The notes under the pieces: model-generated
Told to the model about the DNA's origin: nothing
What the model saw: only the letters and a program-made list of their open reading frames with translations
The model's database searches: none
Program-made: the position numbers and the translations under genes
Source of the DNA: Candidatus Bathyarchaeota archaeon
GTDB lineage: Archaea > Thermoproteota > CALKCG01 > B24
Direction of reading: 5' to 3'
DNA: 64,000 nt
NCBI GenBank assembly: GCA_021161255.1
Contig: JAGHAZ010000037.1
Coordinates: forward strand, 17,666-81,665
Part shown: one piece after another, positions 36,919 to 45,444 of the stretch
Layout of the letters: the number at the start of each line of letters is the position of its first letter
Numbering within the stretch: position 1 is the first letter of the stretch

Positions 36919-38046
36919 CTAGAGTTCTATCTTAACCCTGTATTCCTCGAGCTTCTCCTCTTTAACCTCGACTCCTAAACCCGGCTTGTCTGGAACCTTG
37001 ACTTTAGCTCCTTCGAATTCCAAGCCGTCTACCAAGAGGTCTTCGAGGAACTGTGGACCGTTTATATCTATGGGCGCTACTATCGGTAGTGTCGAGTATA
37101 GATGTAACGACGCCGCGAATCCTACACCGCTTTCTGTCATACCGCTTGCGAAAAGGTCTATCCCCGCAGCCTCGGCCAAAGCCGCTATCTTAAGGTTCCC
37201 GACGATGCCGGATTTAGCTAGTTTAAGCACTACGAGGTCAAGCGCGTCCATAGATAGCAACTTGAATAGGTCGTAGTGGCTGAACACAGACTCGTCGACC
37301 GCTACAGGTATCGGGCTCATCGAAACTATCCGTCTGAGTCCTTCATAATCCCACGTGGGGACCGGCTGCTCGAGACAGATGATACCTCGTATGTCTTTTA
37401 TCAGCTCCAGAAGCCTCCTGACAGAGTAGCTGGTATACGCTTGGTTCGCGTCAGCCCATATATCCGCCCCCGGTACAGCATCGCCGATGGCTTTAAGTCT
37501 CCTAGCATCCTCCTCCGGGTCTCCCATGATCTTAACCTTGAAGCACCTATAGCCCTTTGAAGCCATTTCTCTCGCGTATTCCGCCATGGCCTCAGGCTCT
37601 CCACTCATCATGGCGGAAAGCTCTATGTGGTCGGTGATTCTACCTCCTATAAGCCTATGAAGAGGCTGACCTGTTACCTTACCTATTATATCGTACAAGG
37701 CCGTCTCAACGGCTGATTTTATGAAAGGCTGACCTGAGCTTACGACCGGCGTTAAAACCCTATCTAGCGTCTTCAGTATTTTATTCAAGCTAAACACGTC
37801 CACACCTTTGATGGCCGGAGCGATATACCGTTTCAAAGAGGTGTACGCGGTTTCAAGGGTCTCATACATCCAGGTATGCATAGGTCTGGCTTCGCCCCAT
37901 CCGACGACACCATCGGAGGTCTCTATCCTGACGTATATGTGGTCTCCCGGTACACCAGGCTTCCCCACAAGCCCCCTGGAGAGTACGAAGGGTCTAACAT
38001 AAGGTATCTTGAGGGGTATGGCTTCAACTTCCTTTATAACAGACAT
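36919..38046 (-). CDS. Enolase-superfamily enzyme (mandelate racemase / muconate lactonizing / dipeptide epimerase-like)
   Basis: 'CFKVKIMG' (KxK), 'IWADANQAY', 'CLEQPV', 'PVAVDESV'. Confidence 0.85.
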   Translation of the reverse strand: MSVIKEVEAIPLKIPYVRPFVLSRGLVGKPGVPGDHIYVRIETSDGVVGWGEARPMHTWMYETLETAYTSLKRYIAPAIKGVDVFSLNKILKTLDRVLTPVVSSGQPFIKSAVETALYDIIGKVTGQPLHRLIGGRITDHIELSAMMSGEPEAMAEYAREMASKGYRCFKVKIMGDPEEDARRLKAIGDAVPGADIWADANQAYTSYSVRRLLELIKDIRGIICLEQPVPTWDYEGLRRIVSMSPIPVAVDESVFSHYDLFKLLSMDALDLVVLKLAKSGIVGNLKIAALAEAAGIDLFASGMTESGVGFAASLHLYSTLPIVAPIDINGPQFLEDLLVDGLEFEGAKVKVPDKPGLGVEVKEEKLEEYRVKIEL

Positions 38047-38109
38047 GTCACCACCAAGCGGATACTATTTTAGCCGAGACTGTTTATATTCTTCACCGTT
38101 CAAGCAGCT

Positions 38110-39867
38110 TTAACCGGTGCCTGAGGTTAGTGGTCTAAGCTTACCCTCGTAGATACCCATGGTTTCCGATAAAACTAATCCTTCTAAGTCTCTAACCGGG
38201 TCTTCTACGGGGTACAAAGTTATATACGGGCTTTTCACGAGCATCTTAACCTCATCAGGATATTTCCAGTCTCTTATGTAGAAGACCGTTATCTTATGTC
38301 CTTTACCACCAAGTCTTTCTAGGTCCTTGAGAGCTTGTTTAAAATTCTGCCAACCCCCATCCGTTATGATAACTATGAAGCAGGGCTCTCTAAGCTCTTT
38401 CAGAAGCTCGGTTATCGAATAGGTAGGCATTATCGTAAGCTCCCCGAAACGGTTCGATAGAACGATCTCCTTAAGCTCCTCTTCGGCATCCCAACCGGCT
38501 ACGAGGTGTTTAGTCGAGAAGTTTATGACAGCCGTGTTTCCACCAGCCCATTTAGCACTAAGATATGCTATGAAGGCCGCGGTAGCCGCCTTATCGAAAA
38601 CTCCGGTCATACTATAACTTGAGTCTAAGACCACTAGGACGGAGGGTACGAAACCCGTGTAGACTTCAAGCCCCTTCCCCACAGACCTCATATGCCACTT
38701 AACCGTCGTGACTTCAGGTATCAGCGGCCCCTCATCCAGACTCGCCTCCAGGTCCAACGCCTCTATGTCGTCTTCGACATACCACTCCTCTGGATAACTC
38801 GCTATAGCCCAAGTCGGCTTAACTTCTCCGCGAGAGGCTAAGTAGGCGATTATTATGTTCTCAGCCCTAGACCTATACCATAGCCTTCTCCACAAGATGT
38901 CGTCGCTTTTCAAAGCCGAGCCTTTCAGAAGCTTACTCAACTCGGTGGGTAAGCGAATCCTTCTCAGACCCTTACCGGCCACCGTTTTACCGGGTCTACT
39001 GTCTTCTACGCTAGTCTCCTCGGTAGGCTCTCTAGTCTTACGCTTATCGTCGAGTTTTCTCAAGGCCTTTTTCAAGCGTTTTTCATCCAACCTAGGCTTT
39101 ATCCACATCTCGTAGAAAACCTTAGCCTCCTTACGGTCCTCGATCGTCCCTAAGACCTGACTTATTCTCCTGATGGAATCGGGGTACGCGTCTTCGATCA
39201 GCGGGATGAAGCCGAAGCCTATCGGACTCCTATACGGCTCCTTAAGCAACTTTTTACGTCCCTGCCTCTTAGCTCTTAAAAGTATAGACGCAACGGCTCT
39301 AACCTTGCTCACCCAAGACCTCGGGGGTCTGAAGATCTCGGCTAGAAGCCTCCCAAGTATATCGAGCTCCTCATCGCTCGGCTTATATTGTAGGTCTGGG
39401 AAAAACTCCTTATAGACGGCGTAGATGAGCTTCTCGAAGCCTAGAGGCTCCCGCCTCTTTAAAGCCTCTACAAGGTGGTAAGGGGTTTCGCCGTATCTAT
39501 TCTTCAGATAAATGCAGTCGACCTGTAGGTCTGAGAAGATCGCCACGGCCATGTATGCTAAACGCCTGTCACGGAGAACCCTATACGCGACCCTTTGGAG
39601 GTAATAAGCCGTTTTAGCGTCGTAGGGGCAGTAGTGCATATGACATAGCGTATGACGCATAAGCCATAGAAGAAACCTATACGGGTCTGGGGATTTCTCT
39701 AAAAAATCAGGGTTAACGTAAAGCGTACCCTTCGAGACCTTAACAGGTATCCGTAGCTTATAATCCAGCTCAAACTGAACGGGTGGGAAAAGCATCTCGG
39801 CCTTAGCGTTGGAGAACACCTCCTTTATACGTCCAAGCTCGACCTTACGTTCAGCTTCTACCTCCAC
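38110..39867 (-). CDS. VWA-domain protein with N-terminal degenerate metallopeptidase-like (DUF2201_N-like) region
   Basis: MIDAS 'VLVVLDSSYSMTG' in the C-terminal ~200 aa. N-terminal 'LMRHTLCHMHYCPYD' (HxxxH). Lys/Arg-rich linker. GTG start overlaps the AAA+ gene stop by 10 nt. Confidence 0.7.
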   Translation of the reverse strand: MEVEAERKVELGRIKEVFSNAKAEMLFPPVQFELDYKLRIPVKVSKGTLYVNPDFLEKSPDPYRFLLWLMRHTLCHMHYCPYDAKTAYYLQRVAYRVLRDRRLAYMAVAIFSDLQVDCIYLKNRYGETPYHLVEALKRREPLGFEKLIYAVYKEFFPDLQYKPSDEELDILGRLLAEIFRPPRSWVSKVRAVASILLRAKRQGRKKLLKEPYRSPIGFGFIPLIEDAYPDSIRRISQVLGTIEDRKEAKVFYEMWIKPRLDEKRLKKALRKLDDKRKTREPTEETSVEDSRPGKTVAGKGLRRIRLPTELSKLLKGSALKSDDILWRRLWYRSRAENIIIAYLASRGEVKPTWAIASYPEEWYVEDDIEALDLEASLDEGPLIPEVTTVKWHMRSVGKGLEVYTGFVPSVLVVLDSSYSMTGVFDKAATAAFIAYLSAKWAGGNTAVINFSTKHLVAGWDAEEELKEIVLSNRFGELTIMPTYSITELLKELREPCFIVIITDGGWQNFKQALKDLERLGGKGHKITVFYIRDWKYPDEVKMLVKSPYITLYPVEDPVRDLEGLVLSETMGIYEGKLRPLTSGTG

Positions 39868-41060
39868 TTCATGAACACCCCTAAGGTATCCTCCTCCCTG
39901 AGGACGCCCTTCTTAACCCACTCCCTCTCCAGCTTCATGAGCTCCTCGGCGAAAACCAAGTCCTCCACCGCCACCTCCCTAGCGTAAGTATATAGGCCCT
40001 TATCGAAGCCGTTCATAAGCTTACTCAATATAAGCCACTGCCTCCTAGCGTTTCTCTCCTCCATCTTAACCTTCTCGCGTACGAGTATGTTTCTGAGGTC
40101 GTCTAGAAGGTTTCTAGCCTTAACCAGAGACATCCTATGCGGAAAGACCCAAAGCGCCAGCTTGAAAACGTCGTCCTGCTCAAGCTTCCCCTCAAGCCAT
40201 AGCTTAGCCTTAGCGAGCTGTGTCAACACTATGGTAGCTCTCTCGCTAGGCGGGTCTTTAATGCTACTACATACGTCTTTTAGAAAGTGACATCCTTCAC
40301 AGAGTATCGGAGGCTTTACCTCCGAATGCTCCCTATCTCTTATACAGGCCTGGAAATCCCTCACGAGCATGTTCACCGTGCCCACTATCTCGACGTCCAG
40401 CTCAACCTCCTCGACCTCCCTCCTAGCCTCCTGAAGCTCCTCGAACGTCAGAACCTGAGGCATAGACTCCACAAGCTCCTCTCCATAATTCTCCAGTAGA
40501 GATTGAAGCCTGAACTTATCGCTCAAGGTTAGCGAGCTTAGATATACGCATATATCGAACCTATCGTAGAATGGAGGTGGATGCACGAAGGTTGTGGGGT
40601 CGGCCGGGTTCTCATTAGCCATGAGCACATAGTCTCCGACCTTAATCCGTTGCCCATATGCCCAGACCTCACCGAACTGCATCATATGGTGTATGTTAGC
40701 GGTCGTATATGGGTTGAGCCTATTGACCTCGTCTATACCCTTACCCTTAGCCTTCACGAATGCGGCCCATAGAACCCGTTCGATTCCCTCCTTTTCGAGA
40801 GACGGTATATGAAGCCTACCCACTACTTCGCCCCGTTTGACCTCTGAGGCGCCGGATATGATCACGAAGTCGTCTCCCGTAAGCCCTTTAAGCATCAGAA
40901 GCATGAGCGTGGATTTCCCCACTCCTCTCTGAGCCCTTATAAGCGTAGCACTTCTCCTATGGAGCTGATTTAAGATTATTATGTCTATGACTTCTTCGTT
41001 TCCTACAAACCTAGACTTTATCTCATCTCTAAGCTTACGGATAGAGGACTTAAGGCTCAA
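39858..41060 (-). CDS. MoxR-like AAA+ ATPase
   Basis: 'FVGNEEVIDIIILNQLHRRSATLIRAQRGVGKSTL' (Walker A), 'GIDEVNRLNPYTTANIHHMMQFGEV' (Walker B), 'VLMANENP', 'FYDRFD'. Tracked ORF begins at 41126. TTG 41060 forms a TTGA overlap with the upstream gene stop and gives a family-typical N-terminus. Confidence 0.7.
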   Translation of the reverse strand: MSLKSSIRKLRDEIKSRFVGNEEVIDIIILNQLHRRSATLIRAQRGVGKSTLMLLMLKGLTGDDFVIISGASEVKRGEVVGRLHIPSLEKEGIERVLWAAFVKAKGKGIDEVNRLNPYTTANIHHMMQFGEVWAYGQRIKVGDYVLMANENPADPTTFVHPPPFYDRFDICVYLSSLTLSDKFRLQSLLENYGEELVESMPQVLTFEELQEARREVEEVELDVEIVGTVNMLVRDFQACIRDREHSEVKPPILCEGCHFLKDVCSSIKDPPSERATIVLTQLAKAKLWLEGKLEQDDVFKLALWVFPHRMSLVKARNLLDDLRNILVREKVKMEERNARRQWLILSKLMNGFDKGLYTYAREVAVEDLVFAEELMKLEREWVKKGVLREEDTLGVFMKWR

Positions 41061-41407
41061 AAACCAAAACCTCCCATGTTCGACCCTACTAAAACCGTGA
41101 TCAGGAACAACAAGAGTGCTAGACACAGGATGGTTAACAATTTATTCCTCTTACGAAGCTTTAAAACCTGTATATCTAACTGTTCTATATGCTCCTTAAG
41201 AATGGATAGTTCTCTAGCCGTCAACACGACAGGCTCAGAGATCACCTGCTCGAGAAACGGAGAGTCGAGATACCTGGGGGCTCTCTCCGGATACTCCACT
41301 TCCTCATAATCCCACAGAATCTTAGAGTCTTCAGATTTAACAGGGGTCTTCTTGGAAGCCGTCTCTAGAAAGTCTCTGAAAGAATCTCTAAGTCGTTCTC
41401 TCATCAC
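41057..41407 (-). CDS. Small coiled-coil protein with C-terminal TM anchor
   Basis: 116 aa. 'LKEHIEQLDIQVLKLRKRNK' followed by TM 'LLTILCLALLLFLITVLVG'. First gene of the AAA+/VWA operon. Confidence 0.4.
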   Translation of the reverse strand: MMRERLRDSFRDFLETASKKTPVKSEDSKILWDYEEVEYPERAPRYLDSPFLEQVISEPVVLTARELSILKEHIEQLDIQVLKLRKRNKLLTILCLALLLFLITVLVGSNMGGFGF

Positions 41408-41477
41408 GATCAGGGTATTACCGGCCGCCGACGGTAAAAAACTTTCTGGAATCGGTAAAAATGGGGTTAGAAGAGGT

Positions 41478-42419
41478 TTACACTTTGCTTAAGATGGATT
41501 CCACGGCCTTATAGTATGCGGTTACGAGGACACCTTTAGCGGTATTCACGATTTCGAGGCTCGTCTGCGTAGGCTCAGGCTTAACCTCGAAGCTCACAGC
41601 CCCGGTATACCCTATCTTGTATAGCGTCTCTAAAAGCTCAGCCACTTCGTCGATGCCGTTAACGGCTCCAGGTGTATAGAAACCTGGATGGCTGTCTAAG
41701 AATCCATCATCTATCTTCTTAGCACAGCCGATGTGAATGTGTACCAAGAGGTCGCTAACCTCTTCTAGAACGGACGGTGTCTCGTTAAGCATAGGAGCGT
41801 GGCTTAGGTCCCATAGAAGCCCGATGTTCCCATAGTCGGCTCTCAGGGTTCTTAACGTCTCAACCGCCTCCTTGGTCGGCCCCATCAAAAGTCGTTTGTC
41901 ATAATCTCTGTCGAAGACCTCTAAGACGACCTTTAAACCGAGCTTCGCAGCGGTTCGACATATAGTTCTCAACGAGTCTAGCGTGTTCCTCACGGCTTCA
42001 TCGCGCTTTGCAGGTCCTGGGTCTGGACCGCTACACATTGCGACGGTCTTTAAGCCAAGTTTAGCCGCCTTCTCGATTTCACCGGTTATGTATTTCACGG
42101 CCTTACGCCGCTCAGACCTATCGGTCGAACCTATGTCGAGCTTCTGGCCCAGTATATCGGGTTGCAGACTTCTCACGAGCGTTTTACCTTTAAACATCTC
42201 CTTAGCCTTAGCCCACGTCTCGTCGTCGAGAGGACCGAGCTCGTGAACGCAGAAGAACGGGTCCCCTGCGAGAATCTTTAACGCCTTCTCTTTTTCCTCC
42301 TTGCTACCCGTCGTGAGTTCTGGAAACGCCATGAACCCGACTACACCTATCGGCCAAGGAAACGGTGTGGTGAAAAGTACGTTTTTACGACACGTCGAGA
42401 CTGAAAACATCTTCTCCAA
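41478..42419 (-). CDS. Sugar phosphate isomerase/epimerase (xylose isomerase-like TIM barrel)
   Basis: 'VVLEVFDR', 'GLLWDLSHA' and 'HIHIGCAK' are AP-endonuclease-2/xylose-isomerase-like barrel metal ligands. Confidence 0.7.
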   Translation of the reverse strand: MEKMFSVSTCRKNVLFTTPFPWPIGVVGFMAFPELTTGSKEEKEKALKILAGDPFFCVHELGPLDDETWAKAKEMFKGKTLVRSLQPDILGQKLDIGSTDRSERRKAVKYITGEIEKAAKLGLKTVAMCSGPDPGPAKRDEAVRNTLDSLRTICRTAAKLGLKVVLEVFDRDYDKRLLMGPTKEAVETLRTLRADYGNIGLLWDLSHAPMLNETPSVLEEVSDLLVHIHIGCAKKIDDGFLDSHPGFYTPGAVNGIDEVAELLETLYKIGYTGAVSFEVKPEPTQTSLEIVNTAKGVLVTAYYKAVESILSKV

Positions 42420-42426
42420 CCCCCGG

Positions 42427-43449
42427 CTATATCCTCTTAACCTGGTCGAGAGGCCTTACCTTAAGAACGTCCTTGTTGACAAGGTTCGGAGGCATCTCTC
42501 CCTTCAATACGGCTATGAGGTTTGTGGCAGCCATCTCCGCCATCTTGGAACGAGTCCATATCGTAGCGCTGGCTATGTGAGGAGCTAAAACCACGTTCTT
42601 AAGCTTCAAGATCGGGTGATCCATGTTTATAGGCTCTTTCTCATGTACATCTAAAGCCGCCCCCGCTATCCATCCTTCTTCTAAGGCTTTAGCAAGTGCA
42701 TAAGTATCCACTACCGCCCCCCTCGCAGTGTTTATCAGGTAGGCTGTCTTCTTCATGAGTCTAAGCTCCCTCTCACCTATCAAATGGTAAGTGTTCTTCG
42801 TAAGCGGGACGTGTAGCGACACGAAATCCGACTCCTTCAGAAGCTCATCTAAGGGCCTATACTCGACTCCGAGTTTCTGCTCGACCTCCGCAGGCGGACG
42901 GTAGATGTCATAGTATAGAACCTTCATGTTGAACCCCTTAGCCCTCTCTGCTACGGCTCTACCTATGCGCCCCAAGCCCACTATGCCGAGGGTTTTACCG
43001 TAGACGGCTGCTCCTAGAAAGAGGGTCGGGATCCATCCCACCTTCCACTTACCCTCTCTAACGTATCTATCTGCCTCGACCACTCTTCTGGCTGCGGATA
43101 GTAGAAGCGCCCACGTGAAATCCGCCACGGCGTCGGTTAACACGCCTGGGGTATTGGTTACATATATGCCTCTTCTCGTCGCCTCTTCGATGTCGATATG
43201 GTCGAACCCTACGCTGTAGGTGCTTATCACGACCAAGTCGGGAGCCGCGTCCATGACCTCGGAGTCTATCTTATCCGTAAGCAGGCATAAGAGGGCGTCT
43301 TTATCTCTGACTTTTTCGATGATCTCCTCTTTAGACGGAGGTATCTCTTCGGTGTGAAGTTCGACTTCGCAGTGTTCTTTAAGTATATCCAGCCCCGGAG
43401 GAGGTATCACTCTAGTGACATACACCTTAGGTCTCCCCACGGTATGCAC
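42427..43449 (-). CDS. gyaR: Glyoxylate reductase / D-isomer-specific 2-hydroxyacid dehydrogenase
   Basis: Near-collinear with my recollection of Pyrococcus GyaR: 'GFDHIDIEEATRRGIYVTNTPGVLTDAVADF', 'GKTLGIVGLGRIGRAVAERAKGFNMKVLYYD', 'INTARGAVVDT', 'AALDVHEKEP', 'PHIASAT'. Confidence 0.9.
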   Translation of the reverse strand: MHTVGRPKVYVTRVIPPPGLDILKEHCEVELHTEEIPPSKEEIIEKVRDKDALLCLLTDKIDSEVMDAAPDLVVISTYSVGFDHIDIEEATRRGIYVTNTPGVLTDAVADFTWALLLSAARRVVEADRYVREGKWKVGWIPTLFLGAAVYGKTLGIVGLGRIGRAVAERAKGFNMKVLYYDIYRPPAEVEQKLGVEYRPLDELLKESDFVSLHVPLTKNTYHLIGERELRLMKKTAYLINTARGAVVDTYALAKALEEGWIAGAALDVHEKEPINMDHPILKLKNVVLAPHIASATIWTRSKMAEMAATNLIAVLKGEMPPNLVNKDVLKVRPLDQVKRI

Positions 43450-43484
43450 CCCAAGGGTTAGATATGTCGTTGGAAACTTAAATC

Positions 43485-43829
43485 TTACCCGGTTTTGATC
43501 GAGACCCTACCGCTTTCGACGACTATCGTAACTTCATCACCTATATCCGGCTTAGGCTCGAGCATATCCCACTCCCTACGCGTCAGCCAGAGGGTAAGCC
43601 TAGGGGTTTTAACAAGTCCTCTTCTCGTGAACGGCATGCTCTTTATGACTTGCTGGATTATAGGTGCGACTTCCCTAGCTATCTCAGAGTCTCCACCGCT
43701 GCTGGTGATGATCGGTGGAGGAATCGGTTTATACTCTGCAAAATCCAGTTTAACGCATTCCCCCTCTACAGGGTCTTGGGTTAAAACCTTGCTTGTGAGA
43801 ACGGCTTTAAAAGATACGCTGTACTCCAT
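43485..43829 (-). CDS. Hypothetical protein (114 aa)
   Basis: ORF with host-like composition. The antisense ORF 43495..43833 is Ser/Leu-rich and less plausible. No family recognised. Confidence 0.4.
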   Translation of the reverse strand: MEYSVSFKAVLTSKVLTQDPVEGECVKLDFAEYKPIPPPIITSSGGDSEIAREVAPIIQQVIKSMPFTRRGLVKTPRLTLWLTRREWDMLEPKPDIGDEVTIVVESGRVSIKTG

Positions 43830-43907
43830 CTAAGGCTCCATGTGAATAGACAATATGGTCTGTAATAAGCTTATCCAGATATCGGTCTTGCTTGCTGCGT
43901 CGAATCG

Positions 43908-44609
43908 TTAGAGCACGTGCACTTCCACAGACGGGTCGAAGCCCCTACGTTCGCAGACTTTCAGGAACCTCTCGACATCTTGGTAGGATTTCTCGTATAT
44001 GTGTGCGGAGTTCGAGAAGTCTACGTAAGCCCCTACGTCCACACCCAGCTTCTCGGCTACAAGCTTCTGAAGCTTAGTTAGGGCAAGCATGTTCATATGC
44101 GCAGCCCTGAAGAGGTCTCGGCTTCTCCATTCAGATTGCATGACCAGCTCTCCATCATATACCTTGAACCAGAGCCTCTGAAGACACGGAGGGGAATCGA
44201 TAACCGTGTCTTTCTGAGGTATCCACGTTATAGCCTGAGCCCTACGGGTGTATGGAACCCTCCTAAGCTTCTCGACCACATAGTTGATCTGGTCGAACTT
44301 TAGCTTCCCATAGCTAAAGAGCCTCTCATGATAAGTATACGGGATCTTACCCTCCTCGACGAGTCTATCCCTCGAGCCGTCTAAGACTTCCTCTAGATAC
44401 TCCTTCAAACCGACGGCCGCCAGGACGTCTCCTCTATGGATTCTAGGCTCTTCAAACGGCTTTTCCACGACCATGAGCATGGTCGTCTCCTTAGCTTTTT
44501 CACCGTATTCCGTCTGTACCTCTAAGCCTCGTCTCCAAGCCTCTAAGACGGCTTTCTCCCAGACTCTTGCGATCGTACATCCCCTAACGACTATAACCGG
44601 AGCCCTCAT
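43908..44609 (-). CDS. thyA: Thymidylate synthase (short archaeal ThyA type)
   Basis: 'DSPPCLQRLWFKV' (nucleophile Cys), 'WRSRDLFRAAHMNMLAL', 'FSNSAHIYEKSY'. Confidence 0.8.
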   Translation of the reverse strand: MRAPVIVVRGCTIARVWEKAVLEAWRRGLEVQTEYGEKAKETTMLMVVEKPFEEPRIHRGDVLAAVGLKEYLEEVLDGSRDRLVEEGKIPYTYHERLFSYGKLKFDQINYVVEKLRRVPYTRRAQAITWIPQKDTVIDSPPCLQRLWFKVYDGELVMQSEWRSRDLFRAAHMNMLALTKLQKLVAEKLGVDVGAYVDFSNSAHIYEKSYQDVERFLKVCERRGFDPSVEVHVL

Positions 44610-44748
44610 CTGGGATGAACTAGCGTATTCTAAGTTAAAGAGGTAGATAAGCTCTTACGTTGTCAATATCCATACCGGTTTCCACCTGGGCAGACTCATC
44701 CACGTAAACGAGCTATCGGTTATGTGGTAATCCACGTTTATAAGGGCC

Positions 44749-45444
44749 ATGGGTTTATACTTTGATCGTATCCCCAGGGTTGTCGAGATGGATGTCAGGG
44801 GTAGGGAATGGGGCTCGATGGTTTTAGACGCCCTTAGAAAGCGATTCGGCTCCGTCGAAATAGCCCGGAGAGACCCGTTCGAGACGCTTATAGCGACGAT
44901 TCTTTCACAGCATACTACAGACGCTAAAGCCCATGAGGCGTATAGACGTCTCGCGGGTAGGTTTGGGGTAACGGTCGAGGCTTTAGCCTCAGCTCCCTTG
45001 AGAGATGTAGCCGATGCCATAAGAGTCGCGGGGCTCCAGAATAATAAGGCTAGGGTGATCGTCAAACTGTCTAGGAGACTTCTGGAGGAAAATGAGTTTT
45101 TCGAAGAACTTCGAAGCCTCGAAGTCGAGGAGGCTAGGAGAAGGCTTATGAGCCTTCCAGGCGTAGGAGAGAAAACAGCCGATATAGTGCTTCTTTTCAG
45201 CTACGGTAAGCCTACGTTTCCGATAGACACCCATATATTCAGGGTCTCTAAGAGGCTTGGTCTCAGGCGTAAAGGCGAGGGCTACGAACGGCTTAGGAAA
45301 CGTCTTCAGACAGTTTTTCCCGAGGATAGGTATCTCGAAGCGCATATCTTACTCATAAGGCTAGGTAGAAACGTATGTAGACCTAGACGACCCCGGTGCG
45401 GTGAATGCCCCATAGAGAATCTATGTCCAAAAATGTTGGACTAG
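44749..45444 (+). CDS. nth: Endonuclease III-like HhH-GPD DNA glycosylase with [4Fe-4S] cluster loop
   Basis: 'LIATILSQHTTD', HhH 'LMSLPGVGEKTADIVLLF', catalytic 'PIDTHIFRV', C-terminal Cys cluster 'CRPRRPRCGECPIENLC'. Confidence 0.85.
   Translation: MGLYFDRIPRVVEMDVRGREWGSMVLDALRKRFGSVEIARRDPFETLIATILSQHTTDAKAHEAYRRLAGRFGVTVEALASAPLRDVADAIRVAGLQNNKARVIVKLSRRLLEENEFFEELRSLEVEEARRRLMSLPGVGEKTADIVLLFSYGKPTFPIDTHIFRVSKRLGLRRKGEGYERLRKRLQTVFPEDRYLEAHILLIRLGRNVCRPRRPRCGECPIENLCPKMLD

Noticed and set aside
39858-41126. Tracked start (41126) of the AAA+ ATPase gene
   Set aside because: It would overlap the upstream 116-aa gene by 70 nt and add a non-conserved-looking N-terminus. TTG 41060 gives a TTGA stop/start junction and a MoxR-like N-terminus, so I annotated 39858..41060 instead.
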